Part shown: piece by piece, positions 1 to 7,529 of the stretch
Layout of the letters: the number at the start of each line of letters is the position of its first letter
Numbering within the stretch: the first letter of the stretch is position 1
Virus record (IMG/VR): IMGVR_UViG_3300032332_000873
Location: 1-43,000 of that record
DNA from: a virus
Taxonomy: Duplodnaviria > Caudoviricetes
Length of the DNA: 43,000 nt
Reading direction: 5' to 3' (one strand)
The notes under the pieces: model-generated
Databases searched by the model: none
What the model was told of the DNA's origin: nothing
Seen by the model: only the letters and a program-made list of their open reading frames with translations
Made by a program: the position numbers and the translations under genes

Positions 1-50
1 AACGGACATTTTGACTGTGATTTACACCACAAAATCGCCCGAGGATTTTT

Positions 51-152
51 TTACTCTTTTACAAATAAAATAAATCCCCAAGTTAAACAGATCATTGAAA
101 ACCAAAAAAGTGCGTTACCACTTACGAAAAAAGTTTGATAAAAAGAATTCAT
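51..152 (-). CDS. small hydrophobic (single TM) hypothetical protein, 33 aa; not in ORF track
   Basis: Read by hand: MNSFYQTFFVSGNALFWFSMICLTWGFILFVKE*; ATG lies 2 nt after the upstream stop; GAGG SD-like sequence upstream. Confidence 0.55.
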   Translation of the reverse strand: MNSFYQTFFVSGNALFWFSMICLTWGFILFVKE

Positions 153-154
153 TT

Positions 155-295
155 TTATTTTTCCTCAATGTCTGCAACATAGACAGTGCTTCTATCTATG
201 TTTCCGTGTTTTAATTTAAAATCAAATTCGTTAATTGCTTCATCATAGTTATCAGCAACAATGTCAATGAATGTAGTGAATTCAAATACTGGCAT
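155..295 (-). CDS. small hypothetical protein, 46 aa; not in ORF track
   Basis: MPVFEFTTFIDIVADNYDEAINEFDFKLKHGNIDRSTVYVADIEEK*; AAGGAG SD upstream; overlaps end of 282..464. Confidence 0.65.
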   Translation of the reverse strand: MPVFEFTTFIDIVADNYDEAINEFDFKLKHGNIDRSTVYVADIEEK

Positions 296-464
296 TATTT
301 ACTCCTTCAAATAATTCTTTACACTTGTTAGGATTTTCCCACCAAGTAAATCCTGCGTGGTATTTCGCAGGGGCTAGGACAACCTGTCCGCAAGGGCAGA
401 GGTTCATTAAACCTCTAGGATAATCGCTTACAGTAGCGAAAGGTTCAAAAATTCTGTTAGTCAT
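282..464 (-). CDS. small hypothetical protein (CPCG motif)
   Basis: ORF track; TAATG coupling with 464..646; GAAGGTG SD. Confidence 0.65.
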   Translation of the reverse strand: MTNRIFEPFATVSDYPRGLMNLCPCGQVVLAPAKYHAGFTWWENPNKCKELFEGVNNASI

Positions 465-646
465 TATTTAGACACCTTCCAATCTGACCACATTGGTAGT
501 CTTTCAGGGTCAGTATCGTTATACCAACGCTCTATGTTATTTTCACACACTTCGCAGAATGTGAATTGGTCATCTCCTACCATAGAGATAGCAGACTTAT
601 TAGGGACGTGTGATTTACACACTGTGATTATTACATTTGAATTCAT
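464..646 (-). CDS. small Zn-finger-like hypothetical protein (CKSH...CEVC)
   Basis: ORF track; GAAAGGA SD; first gene behind leftward promoter at 698-706. Confidence 0.7.
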   Translation of the reverse strand: MNSNVIITVCKSHVPNKSAISMVGDDQFTFCEVCENNIERWYNDTDPERLPMWSDWKVSK

Positions 647-697
647 TTGAATTCCTTTCTAGTTCAGAAACCTTTTCTGACTTTCTTTATACTAGTA

Positions 698-720
698 AGT
701 ATAGCAGGGGGGTCTGACAT
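698..720 (-). promoter_or_regulatory. leftward extended -10 promoter (TGCTATACT) preceded by ATGTCAGACCCCCC
   Basis: AGTATAGCA at 698-706 is the reverse complement of TG-C-TATACT; points into the small-gene cluster. Confidence 0.65.
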
Positions 721-759
721 TTAGGGGGGTACAAAACGGACATTACGGACAAAAGGTAT

Positions 760-869
760 TGTGAGGTACATCACGTGGATAACTTGAGCGTGAAATAGGG
801 GTGTGATGTGTATCACGTGGATAACCTGTGGATAACCCCGAGGGATCGGGGCGTGTGATGCGAATCACA
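760..869. promoter_or_regulatory. three CRP/GlxR-type boxes (TGTGA-N6-TCAC[A/G]) interleaved with three DnaA-type boxes
   Basis: TGTGAGGTACATCACG 760-775, TGTGATGTGTATCACG 802-817, TGTGATGCGAATCACA 854-869; CGTGGATAA 774-782 and 816-824; perfect TGTGGATAA 827-835. Confidence 0.65.
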
Positions 870-919
870 TCTACTATACGGCGTGTCGTCTTGACTTTTT
901 GACATTTCTTTGCTATACT
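854..919 (+). promoter_or_regulatory. rightward sigmaA-type promoter P1 with upstream CRP box and GACAC box
   Basis: CRP box 854-869, CGGCGTGTCG 879-888, TTGACT 891-896, 17 bp spacer, TG-C-TATACT 911-919. Confidence 0.8.
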
Positions 920-1004
920 TCTAGTATAAAGAAAATTAAATAGCGTTAAAAAGGTTAATGAGCCTACCAAATAAACCTAGAGTATAGGGTGAGCGTAGCG
1001 AATA

Positions 1005-1070
1005 AGTGACCTAAATCACATAGCCTAAACGGCGTGTCGCCTTGACTTTTCAGGGTAGTTATGGTAGTAT
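1005..1070 (+). promoter_or_regulatory. rightward promoter P2, duplicate of the P1 module
   Basis: AGTGACCTAAATCACA 1005-1020, CGGCGTGTCG 1030-1039, TTGACT 1042-1047, 17 bp, TG-G-TAGTAT 1062-1070; spacings identical to P1. Confidence 0.75.
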
Positions 1071-1188
1071 TCTACTATAAGAAAAATTAAATAAAGAAAA
1101 ATCCTAGTGAGCCTCCCAATAAGAGCAAATAACCTAGGTCAGCAAAAAGTTAGCACAAGGCTAACGAATTAAAAGAAAGGTTCATCTA

Positions 1189-1368
1189 ATGAACACTATA
1201 TATAACGAAATAGCAGAAGAGTTTGGCTCATCTGCACTATCAGTAAATAACCCTACTACCTATGCATTGACACTACGCCAATGTCAGGTACTAAACAATA
1301 AGTATGGCTTTGATAAGGCTAAGGTTATTGTTGAACGCTATATGGCTCTATCTAAGGTAGGTAAATAA
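1189..1368 (+). CDS. small hypothetical protein, 59 aa; not in ORF track
   Basis: MNTIYNEIAEEFGSSALSVNNPTTYALTLRQCQVLNNKYGFDKAKVIVERYMALSKVGK*; GAAAGG SD; first gene after P1/P2. Confidence 0.7.
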   Translation: MNTIYNEIAEEFGSSALSVNNPTTYALTLRQCQVLNNKYGFDKAKVIVERYMALSKVGK

Positions 1369-1473
1369 ATGATTATTTATATATGCGATGCTTGCGATAC
1401 GTTAGCAACAGTTGTCCACAAGGACAATACAATAACAATCACCCCCTGTAAATGTACTAAGGAGAATAAATAA
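1369..1473 (+). CDS. tiny Cys-rich (CDAC...CKC) hypothetical protein, 34 aa; not in ORF track
   Basis: ATG immediately follows the previous TAA; AAGGTAGGT SD-like sequence. Confidence 0.6.
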   Translation: MIIYICDACDTLATVVHKDNTITITPCKCTKENK

Positions 1474-1617
1474 ATGAAATGTATTATTAGAGACTGTGAG
1501 TCAACAGAACTAGTATATAGTGGCACAGATGCCTTTATGCTAGGGATACCTACAGAGAAGGTGTGCTATGCACACGCTAACATCTATGCACAGGTAAGCA
1601 ACCTAGTCAATGTCTAA
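1474..1617 (+). CDS. small Zn-finger-like protein (C-x4-C...C-x2-H), 47 aa; not in ORF track
   Basis: AAGGAG SD; ATG immediately follows the previous TAA. Confidence 0.65.
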   Translation: MKCIIRDCESTELVYSGTDAFMLGIPTEKVCYAHANIYAQVSNLVNV

Positions 1618-1897
1618 CGAATTAGATAGACGCAGACAACACTTAGCCAATGGTGGCACAATAGAAAATTATGATAGAACACATTACAAGAAAGAAGATA
1701 AAATGATTAAAGCAACATTAACAACAACACAAGGAACATCTAGAGAGATGCAATTTACTAATAAAGAACATCTCCTAGAGTTCATTGAATTATTTAAAGC
1801 AACGCTTGCCATAGGGACTGCTGTTTGCATAGACGCACCCCTAGTAGGCATTCATTCTGGTTGGCTACAGGGTACTGGTGCATTAACTAAAGCATAA
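1610..1897 (+). CDS. hypothetical protein
   Basis: ORF track; overlaps previous stop; possible internal start at MIKATLTT. Confidence 0.6.
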   Translation: MSNELDRRRQHLANGGTIENYDRTHYKKEDKMIKATLTTTQGTSREMQFTNKEHLLEFIELFKATLAIGTAVCIDAPLVGIHSGWLQGTGALTKA

Positions 1898-1906
1898 AAG
1901 ATCAAA

Positions 1907-1944
1907 AGAGTAGTGAGTTCTATTATGGGCTCACTATCTTTTTT
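1907..1944 (+). terminator. intrinsic terminator
   Basis: TAGTGAGTTC-tattat-GGGCTCACTA hairpin followed by TCTTTTTT. Confidence 0.75.
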
Positions 1945-2013
1945 GCTTTTATCTTTTAAATATACGTATCATACACCTGAACAAGATTTTCAGATTTATG
2001 GTAGAATGGGTTT

Positions 2014-2205
2014 ATGGGAATTTTAGACAATTTGGAAAATGCCTGGGATGCACTAGAAGAACCAAACCTGGCTACAAAAATATTTTCAGAAACAGTTTGC
2101 GAGCAATGCGATTGTCAAAGAGAATCAATTCCTATTAAAGAAACAGATGCCATGGGCAGAGAAATATTCTGGCTAGACATGGGTCGTAAAACCGAGGGGG
2201 AATAA
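2014..2205 (+). CDS. hypothetical protein (CEQCDC), leaderless
   Basis: TGGTAGAAT 1999-2007 lies 6 nt before the ATG. Confidence 0.65.
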   Translation: MGILDNLENAWDALEEPNLATKIFSETVCEQCDCQRESIPIKETDAMGREIFWLDMGRKTEGE

Positions 2206-2206
2206 A

Positions 2207-2398
2207 ATGTTAGATTCAAATGGATTAGAAGTAGAGTTAACAAAAGAACAACAGGCTATACTTATAGTTGAGAAACTTGCTAATGATTTACGTAAGCAGA
2301 TCGCCAATGAGGTTGAACTTAAATTTCACAATGTAAACCATGACCTGGCTCATGACATTGCAGCCTTTATTAGACTTGGTGAACCTACCATCTCTTAG
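2207..2398 (+). CDS. hypothetical protein
   Basis: ORF track; GAGGGGG SD. Confidence 0.65.
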   Translation: MLDSNGLEVELTKEQQAILIVEKLANDLRKQIANEVELKFHNVNHDLAHDIAAFIRLGEPTIS

Positions 2399-2558
2399 GA
2401 TGTTTGTCGGTTTTATAAGATCTATATATCTGAAAATCGTTTAACGCTTGAATAATAATTTTTCGATCAACATTACACATCTTGGCTAAATCGTCAATAG
2501 ATTTGTTATTATCCACATATTGTTTTTCGAGCCAAACCTTATCTTTATGGTTTGACAT
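2385..2558 (-). CDS. small helix-turn-helix DNA-binding protein
   Basis: WLEKQYVDNNKSIDDLAKMCNVDRKIIIQAL is HTH-like; start reassigned to the ATG at 2558 (TAATG coupling). Confidence 0.6.
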   Translation of the reverse strand: MSNHKDKVWLEKQYVDNNKSIDDLAKMCNVDRKIIIQALNDFQIYRSYKTDKHPKRW

Positions 2559-2707
2559 TACATGTTTTCGTAATAAATACGATCTCTCCAATATTTTTCA
2601 GAATTCTTACGTTCTGTAGCAAGTTTTGTAATTTCTTCTTGAGTAGTATCAGACCAAGCCTCAACATCACAATTCATTAAGTATTGTTGAATATTTTCGG
2701 GGATCAA
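2558..2707 (-). CDS. small hypothetical protein, 49 aa (TTG start); not in ORF track
   Basis: (M)IPENIQQYLMNCDVEAWSDTTQEEITKLATERKNSEKYWRDRIYYENM*; fills the operon gap; GGAG SD. Confidence 0.55.
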   Translation of the reverse strand: MIPENIQQYLMNCDVEAWSDTTQEEITKLATERKNSEKYWRDRIYYENM

Positions 2708-2889
2708 TTGATCACTCCATTGGCTTTGAGCGTATCATACAACATACCATTAACAAACTCCATCTGCTCTCTGGCCGTCTTAATGTATTCCTCTATCTGA
2801 GTTTGATCAATGCCATTCTGCTCAGCCTGGTATCTATTAAATGCGTCAATAGTGTCAGACATTAACTTAACTGCTTCTTCTCTATACAT
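2704..2889 (-). CDS. hypothetical protein
   Basis: ORF track; in operon after the DHH-like gene. Confidence 0.65.
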   Translation of the reverse strand: MYREEAVKLMSDTIDAFNRYQAEQNGIDQTQIEEYIKTAREQMEFVNGMLYDTLKANGVIN

Positions 2890-2892
2890 GTA

Positions 2893-3663
2893 TTACTCCC
2901 ATTTCATCTCTTGGTCATATGTGATTGAGTATTCCCCGCCGAAAATCTCTGCATATGAAATTATATCTCTATTATACCGCATTACTGTTGTTATCCCGAC
3001 TTTATCGGTTTGATATTTTATGCCAGTCGTAAGTCGCTCATATGCCAAACCTTCTTTTTCAAATGCCTCATTGAGGGTTTGAATATATCTAGCCTTGCCA
3101 TATCTTTTAGATGTAAAGGATTGCTGAATATAGTCAAACCTTGCTTGTGCATCATTTCTTCTAGCAATGTCCGAATTGTCTGTAATATACTTTACTGCAG
3201 GATGTTCCATCCGTTTTGACCAATTGATCATATTATCGCTGTAAGAATCCATATTCTTAAGAGTTGAATCAGCGTATGCCATGCGGATAAGGTCAGAGTC
3301 GGAGGTTTGAACCTCTGTTGCGAACGAAATTAAAAACGCAGTTGCATATGGGAATTTGTCGCTATATGTCGAAACGCCGAAGTGAACATTCGGATTAAAA
3401 GACTCAACCGACATATTATCATTTAACAATCGCATATGATTTCCGAGTGACACATAATTTTGACGATTCATATCGCAATCGACGAACAAGCATTCGTCTG
3501 GATTAACTCCATCTGCCAAACAAAGAATATTTTTGTCATATGTGCCAACTATTTTCGAACCGTTAAAACGATTTATTAATTGCGCCGAAACAACACCATC
3601 CATATCTGGGGAAATTACTAGTTGTTGTGAATGCTCTAGTGTTTCCAGGATGTCTGTTTTCAT
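2893..3663 (-). CDS. DHH-superfamily phosphoesterase-like protein (RecJ/NrnA-like N-terminal motifs)
   Basis: ISPDMDGVVSA resembles motif I (DxDG); FVDCD resembles motif II; GNH in place of DHH; leaderless (TATATT 6 nt upstream). Confidence 0.5.
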   Translation of the reverse strand: MKTDILETLEHSQQLVISPDMDGVVSAQLINRFNGSKIVGTYDKNILCLADGVNPDECLFVDCDMNRQNYVSLGNHMRLLNDNMSVESFNPNVHFGVSTYSDKFPYATAFLISFATEVQTSDSDLIRMAYADSTLKNMDSYSDNMINWSKRMEHPAVKYITDNSDIARRNDAQARFDYIQQSFTSKRYGKARYIQTLNEAFEKEGLAYERLTTGIKYQTDKVGITTVMRYNRDIISYAEIFGGEYSITYDQEMKWE

Positions 3664-3695
3664 TTTGTAAATATACCCCTTATAATAATCTTATT

Positions 3696-3962
3696 ATGAC
3701 AGTGCAAGACTGGGCTTCGCTAATCGTAGCCATCCTAACAATTGTATCATCAATCGCCTTCGCAATCAAGTGGATGGTAAAACATTATCTCAGCGAACTT
3801 AAGCCGAATTCTGGATCATCAATGAAGGACCAAATTTCTAGATTAGAAACCGCTGTTGACGAACAGAGAATTGACTCTATTAAATCTAGAGATCGCCAGG
3901 AAAAGAAACTTGACGATATGTATCAAATTTTAATTAAGCACATTGCTTCTAACGATAAATAA
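3696..3962 (+). CDS. membrane protein (N-terminal TM plus coiled coil), holin-like or lysis-associated
   Basis: WASLIVAILTIVSSIAFAIKW TM helix, then PNSGSSMKDQISRLE as in small actinophage membrane proteins; start reassigned to ATG 3696 after TATAAT 3681-3686. Confidence 0.55.
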   Translation: MTVQDWASLIVAILTIVSSIAFAIKWMVKHYLSELKPNSGSSMKDQISRLETAVDEQRIDSIKSRDRQEKKLDDMYQILIKHIASNDK

Positions 3963-4161
3963 TTTGCTATATACTATATATAAAGATATCTTCTAGATAT
4001 AAAACTTAAAGATAGTTCTTTTTTCTTATATATATTTAGTATACACTATCGCAATCCTGGCATACTATTATAAAAGTAACAAAACGGACATTCTCAATTG
4101 TAACAATTTGGTAAACTTTAATATCATGTCTGTATTGTCCGTTTTATGGTATAATTTTATA

Positions 4162-4215
4162 GACTAATACCTTGGTTTGTACTATACCCACCAGCCTTGG
4201 TATTAGTCATTTTTT
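4162..4215 (+). ncRNA. candidate ~55-nt hairpin small RNA with its own promoter
   Basis: TGGTATAAT 4147-4155; perfect 10-bp stem GACTAATACC/GGTATTAGTC begins 6 nt later and ends in a T run; no ORF. Confidence 0.45.
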
Positions 4216-4233
4216 ATGGTATAATCAAGTATT

Positions 4234-4641
4234 ATGAGTTCTTCTATTTGTGGCCCAGAAATTTTTGGAGCAGACCCTATAAACATTAAGTGGTCTGTAG
4301 TTCGTGGTGATACAGCATCAATAACTGTTAGTTTTTTACAAAATGACGAAGTTACTCCTTTTAACATATCTACCTGGGATTTTACCTGTACAGCCTATGA
4401 TCCATATTCAGATATGGTAGATATCCTTACATCTGTAAAAAATATTTCTGCTGGTACCATAACAATAACAGCACCTGCATCTATGACAAAAGACTGGGGT
4501 ACTGGCTATAAGAAGGTTAGAGTAAATGAACTAAGATTTGACGTGCAAGCAACTATTAATGGAGCAACTGACGCACAGGACATTATTTGGACACCAATCA
4601 TTGGGTCCATATCAGTCCTAAGCGATTTAAGTTACAACTAG
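4234..4641 (+). CDS. Ig-like virion protein (BppU-N-like, RGDT motif)
   Basis: IKWSVVRGDTASITV...LRFDVQ pattern; paralogous to 5470 and 12325; TGGTATAAT 4217-4225 upstream. Confidence 0.6.
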   Translation: MSSSICGPEIFGADPINIKWSVVRGDTASITVSFLQNDEVTPFNISTWDFTCTAYDPYSDMVDILTSVKNISAGTITITAPASMTKDWGTGYKKVRVNELRFDVQATINGATDAQDIIWTPIIGSISVLSDLSYN

Positions 4642-4648
4642 GCGTAAT

Positions 4649-4747
4649 ATGATAATTAAAGTTTCTGAAAATAAACCAAATTTGCCAGGTGCCATAAAAA
4701 TAACATATTCATCTGGACAAGTTCAAGTTTTTAAAATAAAAAAATAA
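4649..4747 (+). CDS. tiny hypothetical protein, 32 aa; not in ORF track
   Basis: MIIKVSENKPNLPGAIKITYSSGQVQVFKIKK* fills the intergenic gap. Confidence 0.45.
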   Translation: MIIKVSENKPNLPGAIKITYSSGQVQVFKIKK

Positions 4748-4759
4748 CTAGGAGGAAGA

Positions 4760-5452
4760 TTGAGCATTAGTAAAAGTGTTGACTTCCAAGGCAACAAGAA
4801 GCAAAGTTATGCTGCACAAGTAGAGCAGTCAAGTTCTCAGCCATCAGACTCATCTGGTCTATTTGTTCCAGTTCCTGGAGTACAGGGCCCACCAGGAGTA
4901 CCTGGAATTCAAGGTTTGCAAGGGCCTCCAGGGCCAAAAGGTGAAACAGGGGAGCCTGGTAAGCCAGGCAAGGATGGTAAACTCCTATATGCCCCTGGAT
5001 GGGGAAATTACTCAAACAAAAATACTATAAATTTTCAACTAGGTGCTAATAAAGGTGACGATGGTTGGGTAGATTTTTTTGTAGACGGATCAGGTAAAGA
5101 TACTAACGAACTTTATTTACCAAATAAAATAAGTCTTTATAATCCAGAAACAAGAAGGATTAATTTTAAACATTTAGATTTAGGGTCTCAGGTCAGGGTT
5201 ACATATAATTTTACATTAGAGACATATGGAAATAATACTGAAATATGGGCAAGGTCATTTTTTCCAGATAGCCAAAAAGAGATAACGTCATTTGTGGCAA
5301 ACCTTAAATATCAATATACATATGAATTGACGACCACCCATATGTTTTATATAGACTCTGAAATAGACAGGTCCAGTGGGGTTGTGCCACAACTACGTTC
5401 CGATTTAGATGCTATGGCACAAATCAATTCTATCTATATATCAGTGTTCTAG
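4760..5452 (+). CDS. collagen-like (Gly-X-Y) minor tail or fibre protein
   Basis: GVQGPPGVPGIQGLQGPPGPKGETGEPGKPGKDGK; AGGAGG SD before TTG. Confidence 0.8.
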   Translation: MSISKSVDFQGNKKQSYAAQVEQSSSQPSDSSGLFVPVPGVQGPPGVPGIQGLQGPPGPKGETGEPGKPGKDGKLLYAPGWGNYSNKNTINFQLGANKGDDGWVDFFVDGSGKDTNELYLPNKISLYNPETRRINFKHLDLGSQVRVTYNFTLETYGNNTEIWARSFFPDSQKEITSFVANLKYQYTYELTTTHMFYIDSEIDRSSGVVPQLRSDLDAMAQINSIYISVF

Positions 5453-5469
5453 CGTGGTATAATAAAAGC

Positions 5470-5817
5470 ATGGCATTTCCAGGATCTTATAACATAGACT
5501 ATTACAAGGGTGATACCTATGAGTTTCGTATATACCCTAAAAATTCTGACAATTCCGTTTTTTCTTTAGTCTCGTATGGTGCCATATTTACCATTGCAAC
5601 ATCTAGAGGGGCAAACCCAACTTTTGCAGTAGCAGGCACAGCAACAATTGTTGGAAATCAATATATTGTTTGTACTATTGCTCCAACAGTTGGAAGAACA
5701 CTTACGGCAGGAACATCTTATGTATATGACGTTCAAATTTCAAGTGCTAATGGTTCTGTAATTTATACGCTCTTAACAGGAAATCTATCAGTAACAGACG
5801 ATGTGACAGGAGTCTAA
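5470..5817 (+). CDS. Ig-like virion protein (BppU-N-like, KGDT motif), leaderless
   Basis: YNIDYYKGDTYEF...YVYDVQI...LLTGNLSVTDDVT; TGGTATAAT 5455-5463 lies 6 nt before ATG. Confidence 0.65.
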   Translation: MAFPGSYNIDYYKGDTYEFRIYPKNSDNSVFSLVSYGAIFTIATSRGANPTFAVAGTATIVGNQYIVCTIAPTVGRTLTAGTSYVYDVQISSANGSVIYTLLTGNLSVTDDVTGV

Positions 5818-5818
5818 A

Positions 5819-6400
5819 ATGCCAGAAGTTTTAGTATCTACAGATGATCTTACTGTTTTAGGTGGGCCAGCAACAATAAATCTTGAACTAGATTTTGGTC
5901 CAACGGGTGCTAGAGGAAGCAAAATTTTTTCAACAAATCAAAACCCAAATTCTTCAGGAGCCTTGGGAAGTCAGATACCAGTAATTGGAGACTGGGCAAT
6001 TAATGTTAGTCAGAATGATGCAGAATACTCTTATATGTATGAATATGTTGCTATAACAAATTCAACTTCTCAATGGCAGCAAAGACTTAAACTTGATCCA
6101 GGCGTATATGCAGAAAATAGAAGCGTTACCTTTACGGATGGCTCAGCAACAATCTTGTTAAGTCTTAATAACGTGCTTAAATTAACAACTACAACCCCCA
6201 TTACCTCTTCAAACTTTAATGTTCAACATTCAGTACTAAATACAAAACCAGTAAGTTCTGCTATTTCTGTTGGAACAACTAGTCTACAAAATGAAATTTT
6301 AACACTGCCTATAACAATCAAGGCAATGGAATATACTGGGGGGACATGGTTAAATCTAGATGGATCCAAGATGGTTCATCTATTTATTTCTGTGGTATAA
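5819..6400 (+). CDS. putative minor tail or baseplate-associated protein
   Basis: ORF track; GPTGARGS short collagen-like motif; beta-rich; context. Confidence 0.55.
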   Translation: MPEVLVSTDDLTVLGGPATINLELDFGPTGARGSKIFSTNQNPNSSGALGSQIPVIGDWAINVSQNDAEYSYMYEYVAITNSTSQWQQRLKLDPGVYAENRSVTFTDGSATILLSLNNVLKLTTTTPITSSNFNVQHSVLNTKPVSSAISVGTTSLQNEILTLPITIKAMEYTGGTWLNLDGSKMVHLFISVV

Positions 6401-6419
6401 TCGAAAGTGGTGATATCTT

Positions 6420-6872
6420 ATGGCTATTAAAAACATTGACAATACTGAAAATGGGACTGGTGTATTAAACACTAAACTCCCAGGCATGGATGAGGCAGCA
6501 GACATCCAAGAAGCGCTACGCCTTTACCATTATGGAAGCAAAACAGTTCCAGCAAATGAGTCAGCAATTACAAGACCATCTATGGCTGGACATATAATAG
6601 ATATTAAAAATGATGTTGAAGCAATAAAACAAAAGGGTACTGGAAGTACATACCAGTCAGCCGAACCAACAACTGTTTATGATGGACTTATATGGGTTGA
6701 TGCAGATGTAGTTGGAACAGATACTTATTATTTTCCAGCAGCAAAATATCAAACTACTGCACCAACGTTGGGGCTATCAGAAGGATTAATTTGGATTAAA
6801 AAGGGAACATCTCCATTAGAGATGTACGTATATGATTCAACAGCAAGTGCTTTTATTAAGGTTGGTGCATAA
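6420..6872 (+). CDS. putative tail fibre-associated protein
   Basis: two 'QxxxP....GLIW' fibre-knob repeats; TGGTATAAT 6393-6401 and GGTGA SD. Confidence 0.6.
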   Translation: MAIKNIDNTENGTGVLNTKLPGMDEAADIQEALRLYHYGSKTVPANESAITRPSMAGHIIDIKNDVEAIKQKGTGSTYQSAEPTTVYDGLIWVDADVVGTDTYYFPAAKYQTTAPTLGLSEGLIWIKKGTSPLEMYVYDSTASAFIKVGA

Positions 6873-7522
6873 TGGCAAAAACAATTGACTCATCATCAAA
6901 AGTTGCATACATTTATAATTCAACAACAGATAAATGGCATCCAATTGCTGGAACAGTTAATACTGCAGCACCATATACGTGGTCTGGAGAACAATCCTTT
7001 ACATCCACAACAACATTTGATCAAGTATTAAAAGCAAAAGCAGGAGTAAATAATTTTTTAAATGCCACACAAAGAGATGCAGCCTTTGCAAATATTTCTT
7101 CTGAAAACAAAAGAGGAGTTGTATGTTTTATTAGGGTTGATTCATCAGGATTACCATTAAATGATTTACAGTTTTTTGATGGTACGTCTTGGAGATCTTA
7201 TGGAGACTCTGCAATACTATTAACAAAAACAAACACAGCCTCTTACACAATAAGTTTAGCCGACGCTGGACGGACAATTTTAGCATTATCAGATACAGTA
7301 AATGAAATTGTAATTCCAGCAGATAGTACTGTTTTATTTGCTATAGGGCAAAGACTAGACATAATTAGATACGGTGCTGGGGCTACATCTATTTCTGCTG
7401 TGCAGGGCGTAACAATTAATAGTAAAAATTCTAATAAAAAAATTGCTGCACAGTTTTCAGGAGCAACATTAATTAAAACTAATGCAAATACCTGGACTCT
7501 GATCGGCGATTTAACAGCGTAG
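6872..7522 (+). CDS. tail fibre or adaptor protein with C-terminal 'GDLTA' domain
   Basis: C-terminal ~100 aa align by eye with the C-terminus of 16135..17541 (SYTxxLxDxG...GAG...GVTI...ATLIK..NTW...GDLTA). Confidence 0.7.
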   Translation: MAKTIDSSSKVAYIYNSTTDKWHPIAGTVNTAAPYTWSGEQSFTSTTTFDQVLKAKAGVNNFLNATQRDAAFANISSENKRGVVCFIRVDSSGLPLNDLQFFDGTSWRSYGDSAILLTKTNTASYTISLADAGRTILALSDTVNEIVIPADSTVLFAIGQRLDIIRYGAGATSISAVQGVTINSKNSNKKIAAQFSGATLIKTNANTWTLIGDLTA

Positions 7523-7529
7523 GAAAGAC

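Noticed and set aside
743-970. 75-aa minus-strand ORF across the control region
   Set aside because: Overlaps dense promoter and operator motifs, has no SD and has atypical composition
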